From Rhodobacteraceae bacterium HLUCCO07 (GTDB lineage Bacteria; Pseudomonadota; Alphaproteobacteria; Rhodobacterales; Rhodobacteraceae): a DNA stretch of 64,000 bases. Shown here in pieces: positions 1-8,782 of this stretch (position 1 is the first letter of the stretch; each line of letters starts with the position of its first letter). The stretch lies in assembly GCA_001314705.1 (NCBI GenBank), contig LJSU01000015.1, forward strand, positions 6,505 to 70,504, in the 5' to 3' direction. Both the position numbers and the translations under genes were made by a program. The notes beneath the pieces were generated by a model. That model was given only the letters and a program-made list of their open reading frames with translations, did no database searches and had not been told where the DNA came from.

Positions 1-794
1 AGGGAGGGGCCGCGGGGATCACGTTCAAGATAGAGCGACGCCTCGCCTTCGAGCGCGTCACGGCCCTGGCTTTGCGAGAGGTAACGACCGGTGATCTGGG
101 GCAGTCCGGTTGCGCTGCTGACAAGCTGGATCACGCCCGAGCCGGATTCGCCCTGCCCCACGCCAAGGACCATTTCCTGCACCACGAGGCCCAGCCCCGC
201 ATCAACGGGCGCGCCCTTGGCCTGGCGCAGGAGTCGCGCGGTCGTGCCCTCCCAGGCGCGGGCCATGGAGCGAAGGACGGCGGCAAGCTGGACCGACGCG
301 TCCTGGGGAAACGCCTCTTCGGCCTCGTCCTCATAGGCATCCAGCGCCTCGGCGAGCCCCTCGGAGCCGGTCTGGGTGATGCTTTCAAACGTATCGGGGT
401 CGAGGCGTGCGACATGGATTGCATAGGCCTGCACGAAGCGCAGATAGAGCGTGGCCGCGGCCTCGCGACCCAGGCGCTCGGCGAAATCGGCATAGACCGC
501 ATCGTTCATGCCGATATTGAGCACCGCGCCCGGCCCGCCCCAATCGGGGTCTTCCGACGAGGGGCGCACGCACAGGAGGGCGGTGTCGCCGAACGGGGCG
601 AGCAATTCGTCCATGTCGGGCATCTGCCCCGCGGCGATCCGGTGGACCGCGTCGAAGGAAAGCGCCACGGTGCGCGGCACCGGCAGATCGAGCCGCACCA
701 GGCGTTGCAGGCATTTCGCCCGCCCGCCATGGGTCGCGGTCGCAACCGGTGCGGTGGGGGTGATCAGGGTGATATGGGGATCGTCTTGCTGCAA
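1..794 (-). CDS. PEP-utilising enzyme, pyruvate phosphate dikinase-like, N-terminal part (gene runs off the left window edge)
   Basis: Absent from the ORF track because no stop lies inside the window. My translation of the minus strand reads ...THGGRAKCLQRLVRLDLPVP...LCVRPSSEDPDWGGPGAVLNIGMND...AFPQDASVQL...GLGLVVQEMVLGVGQGESGSGV...RYLSQSQGRDALEGE, which follows the PPDK N-terminal nucleotide-binding layout. There is an in-frame stop at 840-842. The first usable start is TTG at 794, with AAGGA upstream. ppdK next to glyS is common alphaproteobacterial synteny. Confidence 0.6.
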   Translation of the reverse strand, partial: MQQDDPHITLITPTAPVATATHGGRAKCLQRLVRLDLPVPRTVALSFDAVHRIAAGQMPDMDELLAPFGDTALLCVRPSSEDPDWGGPGAVLNIGMNDAVYADFAERLGREAAATLYLRFVQAYAIHVARLDPDTFESITQTGSEGLAEALDAYEDEAEEAFPQDASVQLAAVLRSMARAWEGTTARLLRQAKGAPVDAGLGLVVQEMVLGVGQGESGSGVIQLVSSATGLPQITGRYLSQSQGRDALEGEASLYLERDPRGPS

Positions 795-921
795 CGCGGC
801 ATCCTTTGCTTTGGGGCGCAGAATACGCGCACATGAGGGTCAGGCAAGCAAAAGCTTGAACCCCGCCGCGGTCGCGCCCATGGTCGGGCAGAGCGATCAG
901 CGAGTGAGGAAGGAAACAGGA

Positions 922-1236
922 ATGGGCATGGTTCACGTCTTCGCGGTCATCACCGCCAAACCCGGGCAGCGCGGCGCGGTGCTGGAAAAGTTCCGCGCCA
1001 ACGTGCCGGCGGTCGAGGCCGAGGACGGCTGCATCGAGTATCGCGCGGTGGTGGATGCCGAGGATGCCGGAGGCTTCCAGGCGCCGCTTGGCCCCGACAC
1101 GTTCGCGGTGGTCGAGAAATGGCAGAGCATGGCGGCGCTGCAGGCCCATGCAGCGGCCCCGCACATGAAAGCCTATGGCGCGGCGGTGAAGGACATGCTG
1201 GCCGACCGGGCGGTTCACGTCCTGCGCGACGCCTGA
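922..1236 (+). CDS. antibiotic biosynthesis monooxygenase (ABM) domain protein, YgiN-like
   Basis: This is the inner part of ORF 508..1236. MGMVHVFAVITAKPGQRGAVLEKFRANVPAVEAEDGCIEYRAVVD...VVEKWQSMAALQAHAAAPHMKAY is typical of a ~100 aa ABM fold. ATG at 922 is preceded by GGAAGGAAACAGG. Confidence 0.7.
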   Translation: MGMVHVFAVITAKPGQRGAVLEKFRANVPAVEAEDGCIEYRAVVDAEDAGGFQAPLGPDTFAVVEKWQSMAALQAHAAAPHMKAYGAAVKDMLADRAVHVLRDA

Positions 1237-1403
1237 GGCCGTTTGGGTCGGGTGCGTGGGGAAGGTTCTGAACAGAGGGCATGCGGCCGCCCGAGGTGGG
1301 CGCGGATGCGCCCGCCTGTGGGGCGGGCGGGCGCATGCCCGGACCGCAAGCGGTCCGGGCGAAAACGATGCGGTCGGCAAGACAATCTCGCGGTGGCTCC
1401 GCC

Positions 1404-3632
1404 TCAGCCCTGGATGCGGGTGAGATCGGCGACCGAGAGGCAGAGCGCGCGAATGCGGCTCAGCAGGTTGAGGCGGTTGCGGCGCAGCACCTCGTTCTCG
1501 GCATTGACCTGCACCGCCTCGAAAAACGCGTCCGTGGGCGCGCGCAGCCGGGCCATGGCGGCCATGGCGGCGGCGAAATCCTCGGATTTCAGGGCCGCGG
1601 CGATCTCGGGCTCGGCATTGTCGAGCGCGGCGAAGAGGGCCTTTTCCTCGGGCGTCTCGGCGAATTTGACATCCGCGCCAAAGGAATATTCCACCCCGTC
1701 CTTTTCCTCGGCCTGGGTGAGGATGTTGTTGGCGCGCTTGAAGCCCTGGAGCAGGTTGTCGCCGTCGTCGGTCTTGAGGAAATCGGCCAGCGCCTCGGCG
1801 CGCTTGACCAGAAGGGTGAGATCGTCATTGCCCTCCATCGCAAGGCAGGCGTCGATCACGTCATGGCGGATGCCCTCGTCGCGCAGGTGGACCTTGAGGC
1901 GATCGTGGAGGAAGGCGAGGAGGTCGGCAGCGCGACCAGAAATGCCCGGATGATCGGGGGCAACGCCGTCGCCACTTGTAGGCTCTGTTGCGAGCGCGAG
2001 ATACAGATCAGCGCCGGTTCCGTCGCCTCGATCCTCGTCAAAAGCCTCTTTCAATGGAATTTGTCCTGCGTCATCCGTAATACTTGAATAGACGGCAGAC
2101 AGATTCTTTCTTAGCGCTTTCGGAGCCAACTGAGAAAAATCAATCCGCAACCCATTCCCCAGCACCAACCGGATCACCCCCAGCGCGGCGCGGCGCAGGG
2201 CGTAGGGGTCTTTCGAGCCGGTGGGTTTCTCGTCGATGGCCCAGAAGCCGGTCAGCGTGTCGATCTTGTCGGCGAGCGCCACGGCGACGCTCACGGGGTT
2301 TGTGGGCACCGCATCGCCCGGCCCGAGCGGTTTGTAATGCTCTTCGCAGGCTTCGGGCACGCCGTCGTCATGGCCTGCGGCCTGCGCATAATAGCGGCCC
2401 ATCACGCCCTGCAATTCGGGGAATTCGCCGACCATTTCGGATTGCAGGTCGGCCTTGGCGACGCGCGCGGCCTCGGCGGCGAGGTCGGGCTTGGCGCCGA
2501 CCATGGGGGCGATTTCGCGGGCCAGCGCCTCGATGCGCCTGATGCGGTCGGCCTGGCTCCCCAGCTTGTTGTGGAAGGTCACGTCCGAGAGCCCGGCGGC
2601 CATGCCCTCAAAACCTTTTTCGCGGATGGTGCGCAGGTCGTTTTCCCAGAAGAATTTCGCATCCGAGAGCCGCGCGGCCAGCACCTTTTGGTTGCCCGCG
2701 AGGATGGTCGCGCCATGATCCGGCGTCTCGATATTGGCGACGGTGATGAAGCGTTCGATGCGGCCCGTTTTGGGGTTGCGCACCGAGAAGAATTTCTGGT
2801 GTTCCTTCATCGAGGTTTGCAGCACCTCGGGCGGCAGGTCGAGGAAATCGGCGCCGATCTCGCCCATCAGCACGACGGGCCATTCGACGAGGCCCGCCAC
2901 CTCGGCCAGAAGGCCGCGATCCTCGACCAGTTCCAGCCCGGAGGCGAAGGCGCGGTTTTGCGCGTCCTGCAGGATGTGGTCGGCGCGTTCGCCCGCGTCG
3001 AGAATGACATGGGCGCGCTTGAGTTTCGCGGCGTAGTCGTCGAAGCCCGTTACCGCGAAGGGTTCGCCGCCCATGAAGCGATGGCCGCGCGTGGTGTCGC
3101 CGGCGGTGATGCCGTCCAGCTCGAAGGGGACGATCTCGGCGCCCTCCTCGGTGCTGAGAATGCACAGGATCGAATGCAGCGGGCGGACCCAGCGCAGGCT
3201 GCCCGCGCCCCAGCGCATCGACTTGGGCCAGGGGAAATTGCGGATCGTGTCTTCGAGCACCTCGGCCACGATGGCGGCAGCCGGTCGGCCCGGCTTCTCG
3301 ATACTGGCGAAATAGACCGCGCCCTTGGGGGTGTCGCGCGTCTCAAGCTGATCCCGGGTAAGGCCCGCGCCGCGCAGGAAGCCCTCGATCGCCTTGTCGG
3401 GGGCGTCGGTGCGGGGGCCCTTGCGCTCCTCTCGGATCGTGGGGCTTTCGGCGAGCAGATCCTCGATGGCGAGGGTGAGGCGGCGCGGCGTGGAAAAGGC
3501 GCGCGCCCCGCCATAGGTCAGCCCCGCCTCGACGAGGCCGTCGGTCATGCGCTTTTGCAGATCCTGCGCCGCGCGGGCCTGCATCCGCGCGGGGATCTCC
3601 TCGGAGAAAAGCTCGATCAGGAGGTTGGGCAT
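1404..3632 (-). CDS. glyS: glycine--tRNA ligase beta subunit
   Basis: ORF 1404..3917. The conserved N-terminus MPNLLIELFSEEIPARMQ begins at the internal ATG at 3632. The 95 aa upstream extension is Arg/Ser/Pro-rich and implausible. Confidence 0.95.
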   Translation of the reverse strand: MPNLLIELFSEEIPARMQARAAQDLQKRMTDGLVEAGLTYGGARAFSTPRRLTLAIEDLLAESPTIREERKGPRTDAPDKAIEGFLRGAGLTRDQLETRDTPKGAVYFASIEKPGRPAAAIVAEVLEDTIRNFPWPKSMRWGAGSLRWVRPLHSILCILSTEEGAEIVPFELDGITAGDTTRGHRFMGGEPFAVTGFDDYAAKLKRAHVILDAGERADHILQDAQNRAFASGLELVEDRGLLAEVAGLVEWPVVLMGEIGADFLDLPPEVLQTSMKEHQKFFSVRNPKTGRIERFITVANIETPDHGATILAGNQKVLAARLSDAKFFWENDLRTIREKGFEGMAAGLSDVTFHNKLGSQADRIRRIEALAREIAPMVGAKPDLAAEAARVAKADLQSEMVGEFPELQGVMGRYYAQAAGHDDGVPEACEEHYKPLGPGDAVPTNPVSVAVALADKIDTLTGFWAIDEKPTGSKDPYALRRAALGVIRLVLGNGLRIDFSQLAPKALRKNLSAVYSSITDDAGQIPLKEAFDEDRGDGTGADLYLALATEPTSGDGVAPDHPGISGRAADLLAFLHDRLKVHLRDEGIRHDVIDACLAMEGNDDLTLLVKRAEALADFLKTDDGDNLLQGFKRANNILTQAEEKDGVEYSFGADVKFAETPEEKALFAALDNAEPEIAAALKSEDFAAAMAAMARLRAPTDAFFEAVQVNAENEVLRRNRLNLLSRIRALCLSVADLTRIQG

Positions 3633-3633
3633 G

Positions 3634-4161
3634 TCAGTTGCCTTCCGGTTTCGGGGGGCAGTCTTGGGGGGCGGGGCGGCCGTCGAACACCACTTCGCCG
3701 CAATGGTTGATCTGGTGCCAGACAAAGCCGCGCCCGTCGGGCATGATGGCGACGACCCGGTCGATGCCGTATTCGATGTTGGCGGTGCCCATGAAGGCAT
3801 GCGCCGTGCCGGCTTCGAGCGCGGCGCCGACTTCGCTCGCGTCGAAGCACGAGAACCAGCGCGGGGCGACGAGCGGTTCGGGGTTGTCGTAGGTCTCATA
3901 GCTCGCGCGCAAGCCATCGAGATCCTGGGTCGTGGCGAAACAGGCGCGGTAGCGAATGGGCGAGCTGTCGGCGTTGATCGCGCGGAAGTCCTCGTAGGCG
4001 ATGGGTTCGGGCGTCCCGGTGGCCGAGGCCGTGAGCATCACGTCATCGGTGCCGGAGGGGGTCACCTCTTCGTAGAAGGCGTAAACCTGGAGGTAATAGA
4101 TCGCCGCACCCGCGATGAGCGAGATGATGACGATGAATCCTGCGATGATCTTGCCGCTCAT
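3634..4161 (-). CDS. conserved hypothetical protein with N-terminal membrane anchor, inserted between glyQ and glyS
   Basis: ORF 3634..4314. The plausible start is [27 protein letters not shown] (one TM helix) at 4161. It overlaps the glyQ stop as ATGA, and its own stop lies 1 nt before the glyS ATG. Third-position GC looks coding. Confidence 0.7.
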   Translation of the reverse strand: MSGKIIAGFIVIISLIAGAAIYYLQVYAFYEEVTPSGTDDVMLTASATGTPEPIAYEDFRAINADSSPIRYRACFATTQDLDGLRASYETYDNPEPLVAPRWFSCFDASEVGAALEAGTAHAFMGTANIEYGIDRVVAIMPDGRGFVWHQINHCGEVVFDGRPAPQDCPPKPEGN

Positions 4162-5090
4162 GGCGCGGGATACCCCCCGGCCTCGGTCTGCACGAAGGCG
4201 TCGGCGCATTTGCGGGCGAGCGCGCGCACGCGGCCGATATAGGCCTGCCGTTCGGTGACGGAAATGACCCCGCGGGCGTCGAGCAGATTGAAGATATGCG
4301 ACGCCTTGATGCACTGGTCATAGGCCGGGTGGGCCATGACGATGCGCTTGCCGGTCTTGGGGTCGTCATGCGGCTGCGACAGGATCGCCTCGCATTCGGC
4401 CTCGGCCTCCTGGAAATGGCGCAAGAGGACATCGGTATCGGCCACGTCGAAATTCCAGCGCGAATATTCCTCTTCGGTCTGGCGGAACACGTCGCCATAG
4501 GAGAGCGGTATGCGTGCGTTTGGGTCGTTGAAGGGCATGTCCATCACATGGTCGATGCCCAGCACATACATGGCCAGCCGTTCGAGGCCATAGGTCAGTT
4601 CGCCCGAGACGGGGTGGCAGTCATGGCCGCCAACCTGTTGAAAATACGTGAATTGCGACACTTCCATGCCGTCGCACCAGACCTCCCACCCGAGGCCCCA
4701 TGCGCCGAGGGTGGGAGATTCCCAATCGTCCTCGACAAAGCGGATGTCGTGCAGGGCCATGTCGATGCCGATGGCCCCGAGAGAGCCGAGATAGAGATCC
4801 TGAAGGTCCGGCGGGCTGGGTTTGATCAGCACCTGGTACTGGTAATAATGCTGGAGCCGGTTGGGGTTCTCGCCATAGCGCCCGTCGGTGGGGCGGCGCG
4901 AGGGCTGGACATAGGCCGCGGCCCAGGGGCGCGTGCCAAGGCTGCGCAGCGTGGTCGCGGGGTGAAAGGTGCCGGCGCCCACCTCCATGTCATAGGGTTG
5001 CATCATGGCGCAGCCCTGTTCGGCCCAGTAGGATTGAAGCCGCAGGATGATTTCCTGAAAACTGCGGGGTTTGACCGGTCGGGACGTCAT
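4158..5090 (-). CDS. glyQ: glycine--tRNA ligase alpha subunit
   Basis: ORF 4158..5171. Conserved [42 protein letters not shown]. Start taken at the internal ATG ([12 protein letters not shown]) at 5090. Confidence 0.95.
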   Translation of the reverse strand: MTSRPVKPRSFQEIILRLQSYWAEQGCAMMQPYDMEVGAGTFHPATTLRSLGTRPWAAAYVQPSRRPTDGRYGENPNRLQHYYQYQVLIKPSPPDLQDLYLGSLGAIGIDMALHDIRFVEDDWESPTLGAWGLGWEVWCDGMEVSQFTYFQQVGGHDCHPVSGELTYGLERLAMYVLGIDHVMDMPFNDPNARIPLSYGDVFRQTEEEYSRWNFDVADTDVLLRHFQEAEAECEAILSQPHDDPKTGKRIVMAHPAYDQCIKASHIFNLLDARGVISVTERQAYIGRVRALARKCADAFVQTEAGGYPAP

Positions 5091-5272
5091 TGAAATGCCT
5101 CTTTCATGCGCCTGCGTCGCGCCTCGGATCGCGTTCGCGCCCTGCTTAATCGGGGGGGGCGGAAGGGTCAATTGCAGGCTCGCGCATATTTTGGATGCGC
5201 AGGGCGCGGGATTTGGTAAAACACGCCAAGGAACAAGGCGAGAGCGGACGGGGCAAAGGCATTATTTCCACC

Positions 5273-7009
5273 ATGATCAGACAGTTTCACGCGGTTTTCA
5301 TCATCCTTTTTCTTCTCGCCCGCCCGCTTGCGGCACAACAGGATGTCGCATGGGTTCAAATCGAGGCGAAGCGCAGCCTTGCCGAGGTACAAGAGCGCAT
5401 CAGGGCCTATGACGCGCGCCTGCCGGACGTGAACGGGTTTGTGCTGGGGGGTGGCTGGTATGGCATCGTACTCGGCCCCTATACCGAGGATGACGCCGAA
5501 CGCGTGCTGCGGGTCTACCGTGCCGAAGGCGAGATTCCGCGTGACAGTTTCATCACCCGGACCATGAGATTTCGTCAACAATTCTGGCCGGTTGGCGCGA
5601 ATTTTCTGAACCTGCCCGAACTCGCGGAACCCGAGGAAGAGATCGAGGCGCAAGCCGCCGAGACCGAGCCTGAACCCCGGCTCCGGACGATCGACGAGAC
5701 CCCGGCCGAGGCGCGCCGGAGCGAGGCCGCATTGAGCCGGGACGAGCGCATGGAGCTTCAGGAGATGCTGAAATGGGCCGGGGTTTACACCGCGGCGATC
5801 GACGGCGCGTTCGGGCCCGGCACGCGTGGCGCGATGGCCGCATGGCAGCGCGACAATGGCTATGAGCCGACCGGCATCCTGACCACGATGCAGCGGGACG
5901 AACTCGAACGGCAATACAATGCCATTCTCGACGGTCTCGACCTCGAGCTGGTGCGCGAGGACACCGCGGGGATCGAAATGGCGATTCCGACGGGCGTGGT
6001 GGCGTTTACCGCCTACAGGCCGCCATTCGTGCATTTCGACGCCACCGGCGAGCTTGACGCAAAAGTGTTGATGATTTCTCAACCGGGCGACCAGAACACG
6101 CTGTTCGGCCTTTACGACATCATGCAGACGCTTGAAATCGTGCCCGAGACGGGACCGCGCGAGCGTGACGGCGACAGCTTTGTCCTGACCGGGCAGGATG
6201 ACCGCATCACGAGCCATACCGAAGCGCGCTTGCAGGGCGGCGAGATCAAGGGGTTCACCCTGGTCTGGCCGCGCGGGGACGAGGAGCGCCGAACGCGGCT
6301 TCTGGATGAGATGCGCGAGAGTTTCCGCCGTTTGGAAGGCGTGATGAGTCCGGCAGAAGGTGTTGAAACGGAACAGAATATCGACCTTGTATCGGGGCTG
6401 GAGATCCGCCGGCCAAGCCTGTCGCGTTCAGGCTTTTTCGTCGATGGGCGGGGGACGGTCGTGACCACGGTGCAAGCGGTGGAGGGGTGCGAGAAGATCA
6501 CCTTCGACAACCGCCACGAGGCGGAGCTCCTTGGTCTTGACGAGGAACGGGGCATCGCGGTGCTGCGCGCCCGGGAATCGCTGGCCCCGGCGCGGGTGGC
6601 GGCGCTGCGCGAGGGCGATCCGCGGCTGCAATCGGAGGTGGCCGTATCGGGATTCTCTTACGAAGGGCGACTGGGCGCGCCAACGCTGACATTTGGAACG
6701 CTGAGCGATATCAAGGGCTTGCAAGACGAACCCGAGCTCAAGCGGCTGGCGCTGAGCGCGCTTCCGGGGGATTCGGGGGGGCCGGTGATGGATACCAAGG
6801 GGGCGGTCTTCGGGATGCTTTTGCCACCGTCCGAGGATGCGCGCAAACTGCCCGGGGACGTGCATTTCGCGGCCGATGCGGCCACCATCCGCCGGATTCT
6901 TCAAGACCTTGGAATCACGGCACAATCCGACGGTGGCGGTGATGACCTGACGCCCGAGGCACTGACCGATCACGCCGCCGGGATGACGGTTCTGGTCAAT
7001 TGCTGGTAA
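5273..7009 (+). CDS. secreted multidomain protein: SPOR-like domain, peptidoglycan-binding domain, trypsin-like serine protease
   Basis: ORF 5195..7009. Signal peptide MIRQFHAVFIILFLLARPLAAQQ starts at ATG 5273. WVQIEAKRSL...GWYGIVLGPY...AERVL is SPOR-like. LQEMLKWAGVYTAAIDGAFGPGTRGAMAAWQRDNGYEPTGILT is PG_binding_1-like. The C-terminal LPGDSGGPVMDTKGAVFGML carries the catalytic-serine motif. Confidence 0.75.
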   Translation: MIRQFHAVFIILFLLARPLAAQQDVAWVQIEAKRSLAEVQERIRAYDARLPDVNGFVLGGGWYGIVLGPYTEDDAERVLRVYRAEGEIPRDSFITRTMRFRQQFWPVGANFLNLPELAEPEEEIEAQAAETEPEPRLRTIDETPAEARRSEAALSRDERMELQEMLKWAGVYTAAIDGAFGPGTRGAMAAWQRDNGYEPTGILTTMQRDELERQYNAILDGLDLELVREDTAGIEMAIPTGVVAFTAYRPPFVHFDATGELDAKVLMISQPGDQNTLFGLYDIMQTLEIVPETGPRERDGDSFVLTGQDDRITSHTEARLQGGEIKGFTLVWPRGDEERRTRLLDEMRESFRRLEGVMSPAEGVETEQNIDLVSGLEIRRPSLSRSGFFVDGRGTVVTTVQAVEGCEKITFDNRHEAELLGLDEERGIAVLRARESLAPARVAALREGDPRLQSEVAVSGFSYEGRLGAPTLTFGTLSDIKGLQDEPELKRLALSALPGDSGGPVMDTKGAVFGMLLPPSEDARKLPGDVHFAADAATIRRILQDLGITAQSDGGGDDLTPEALTDHAAGMTVLVNCW

Positions 7010-7204
7010 GCACCGCTGAGATCAGCGCACGGTTGGGTTAACGCCATTTGCCTGCCGGAAATCCGGGGGGTGATTCCCGGCTGCCGCCCGGCTGACATGC
7101 GTGCACCGCCGCGTTGCAGCGAAACCGGGGCTGGAAAGGGTTAACGCGGCGTGCGTGCGGTCGAGCTCTTTCGCCCGGGTCGCTTGCGGCCCCGGGCACC
7201 GCCC

Positions 7205-8782
7205 TCACAGCGTCATGCGGATCAGCGTGGGCCGGTCAGCGGCGAGCGCCTCCAGCACGGCCTGTTGCAGGTCGGCGGGGGTTTCGGGGGCACAGGCATG
7301 GGCGCCATAGGCACGCGCCAGGGCGAGGAAATCGGGGTTGCGCGCCACCACCGCGTTGGGCGCGATCTGGGAGGCGGTCATGCTGTCCTCGATCTCCTTG
7401 AGCTTGCCGTTGTCCCACAGCAGGATCGGCAGGGGCAGGCCCAGTTCGACCGCGGTGCCGAGTTCCTGCAACGTGTATTGGAAGCCGTAATCCCCGGCGA
7501 TGGCGAGGGTGGGCAGGTTTGGGCGCGCCACCGCCCCGCCGATCGCGGCGGGCAACGCATAGCCCAGCGTGCCAAAGCCGAACGGGTGATGCCAGTGACC
7601 GGGGCGCGACATGTCCCAGACCTCCTGTGCGACATAGGCGAACTGGGTCATGTCGGAATAGATCATCGCATCGGCGGGCAGCACGGCGCGCAACGCATCG
7701 CAGAGCGGCACGATTCCGGGGCGCTCGGCATCGGCCTCGGCGCGCCAGCGGGCGCGGGCGGCGGCGACCTCCTCGGCGGTCCAGTCGCTTTGGCGCGGCT
7801 CCCTGCCCTCTTGCGCCTCGGCCAGCGCGGCGAGGAAATCGGCCGCATCGCAGGCGACATGCAAATCGGCGCGCTGCCCGTCCGAGAGGCTTTCGGGGTC
7901 GAGATCGACGCGCAGCATCGGCGCGTCATGGCCAAGGCTCTCGCGCCAGAGATCGACCTCGGCCAGTTCGGTGCCGATGGCGATGACCGCATCGGCCGAC
8001 GCGATCACGGCGGCGCTTTCAGGCCGCGCCAGGGTCGCGCCGAAATTGAGCGGATCATCCACGGCGGCGATGCCGCGCCCGGCCTGGGTGCAGAAGCTGG
8101 CGGCGCCCTGGGACCTGAGCACCGCGCGGGCGCTGTCGGCACCGCCCCGCGCCCCGCCACCGAGAATGAAGAGCGGGCGGCGCGCGTGGTCGAGCAGATC
8201 CCGCGCTTTGGCCAGCCCCGTGGGCGTCACGCCGGGGGTGCGTGTGGCGGCCATGGCAGGCAGCGCGGGCGGGGCCGGCGCTTCGAGCAGGGGAATGGGC
8301 AGTTGCAGGTGCTTGGGCCGGGGGCGCGCGGCGGTGAACTCGGCCAGCGCGCGGTCGATCAGGTCATAGGCGGCGCGCGGGCTGCGCGCCTCTTCGGACC
8401 AGTCGCAAACGGTGGCGGCGGCGGCGCGTTGGTCGCGCATCTGGTGAAGCTGGCCGCGACAGGCGGCGGTTTCGGCAAGGCAGGAGGAGATCACCAGCAT
8501 CGGCACGCTGTCGGAATATGCCTGCCCCATCGGTGTCATGATGTTGGTCAGCCCCGGCCCGGTGATGACATAGGCCACGCCCGGTTTGCCGGTGGCCCGG
8601 GCATAGCCATCGGCCATGAAGCCCGCGCCCTGTTCGTGGCGGGCGAGGACATGGGTGATCCCGGCCTCTTCGATGCCGCGATAAAGCTCGACGTTATGGA
8701 CGCCGGGAATACCGAAGATCGTATCGACCCCGCGGGATTTCAGCATATGCGAGATTTGGGCTCCAAGCGGGCGGTCGGTCAT
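7205..8782 (-). CDS. thiamine-diphosphate-dependent enzyme, acetolactate synthase-like (possibly a 5-guanidino-2-oxopentanoate decarboxylase type)
   Basis: ORF 7205..8869. N-terminal VDTIFGIPGVHNVELYRGIEEAGITHVLARHEQGAGFMADGYARATGKPGV and C-terminal LAIAGDYGFQYTLQELGTAVE are ThDP-binding motifs. The start at ATG 8782 overlaps the trkH stop as TGATG. Confidence 0.8.
   Translation of the reverse strand: MTDRPLGAQISHMLKSRGVDTIFGIPGVHNVELYRGIEEAGITHVLARHEQGAGFMADGYARATGKPGVAYVITGPGLTNIMTPMGQAYSDSVPMLVISSCLAETAACRGQLHQMRDQRAAAATVCDWSEEARSPRAAYDLIDRALAEFTAARPRPKHLQLPIPLLEAPAPPALPAMAATRTPGVTPTGLAKARDLLDHARRPLFILGGGARGGADSARAVLRSQGAASFCTQAGRGIAAVDDPLNFGATLARPESAAVIASADAVIAIGTELAEVDLWRESLGHDAPMLRVDLDPESLSDGQRADLHVACDAADFLAALAEAQEGREPRQSDWTAEEVAAARARWRAEADAERPGIVPLCDALRAVLPADAMIYSDMTQFAYVAQEVWDMSRPGHWHHPFGFGTLGYALPAAIGGAVARPNLPTLAIAGDYGFQYTLQELGTAVELGLPLPILLWDNGKLKEIEDSMTASQIAPNAVVARNPDFLALARAYGAHACAPETPADLQQAVLEALAADRPTLIRMTL

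Noticed and set aside
1404-3917. N-terminal extensions of many track ORFs, including glyS, glyQ, xseA, purD, ftsY, metZ, ispE and the DsbD-like gene (531 aa as listed).
   Set aside because: The conserved N-termini begin at internal ATGs with plausible SD sequences. The extensions are Arg/Ser/Pro-rich and overlap neighbouring genes or leader structures.
7035-7147. Direct repeat GGGTTAACGC at 7035-7044 and 7138-7147, with partly inverted flanks (GCGCACGG / CGTGCGTGCGG), in the spacer after the protease gene.
   Set aside because: It is only 10 nt with two copies and gives no convincing extended pairing. It does not match the CtrA-type TTAA-N7-TTAA spacing.
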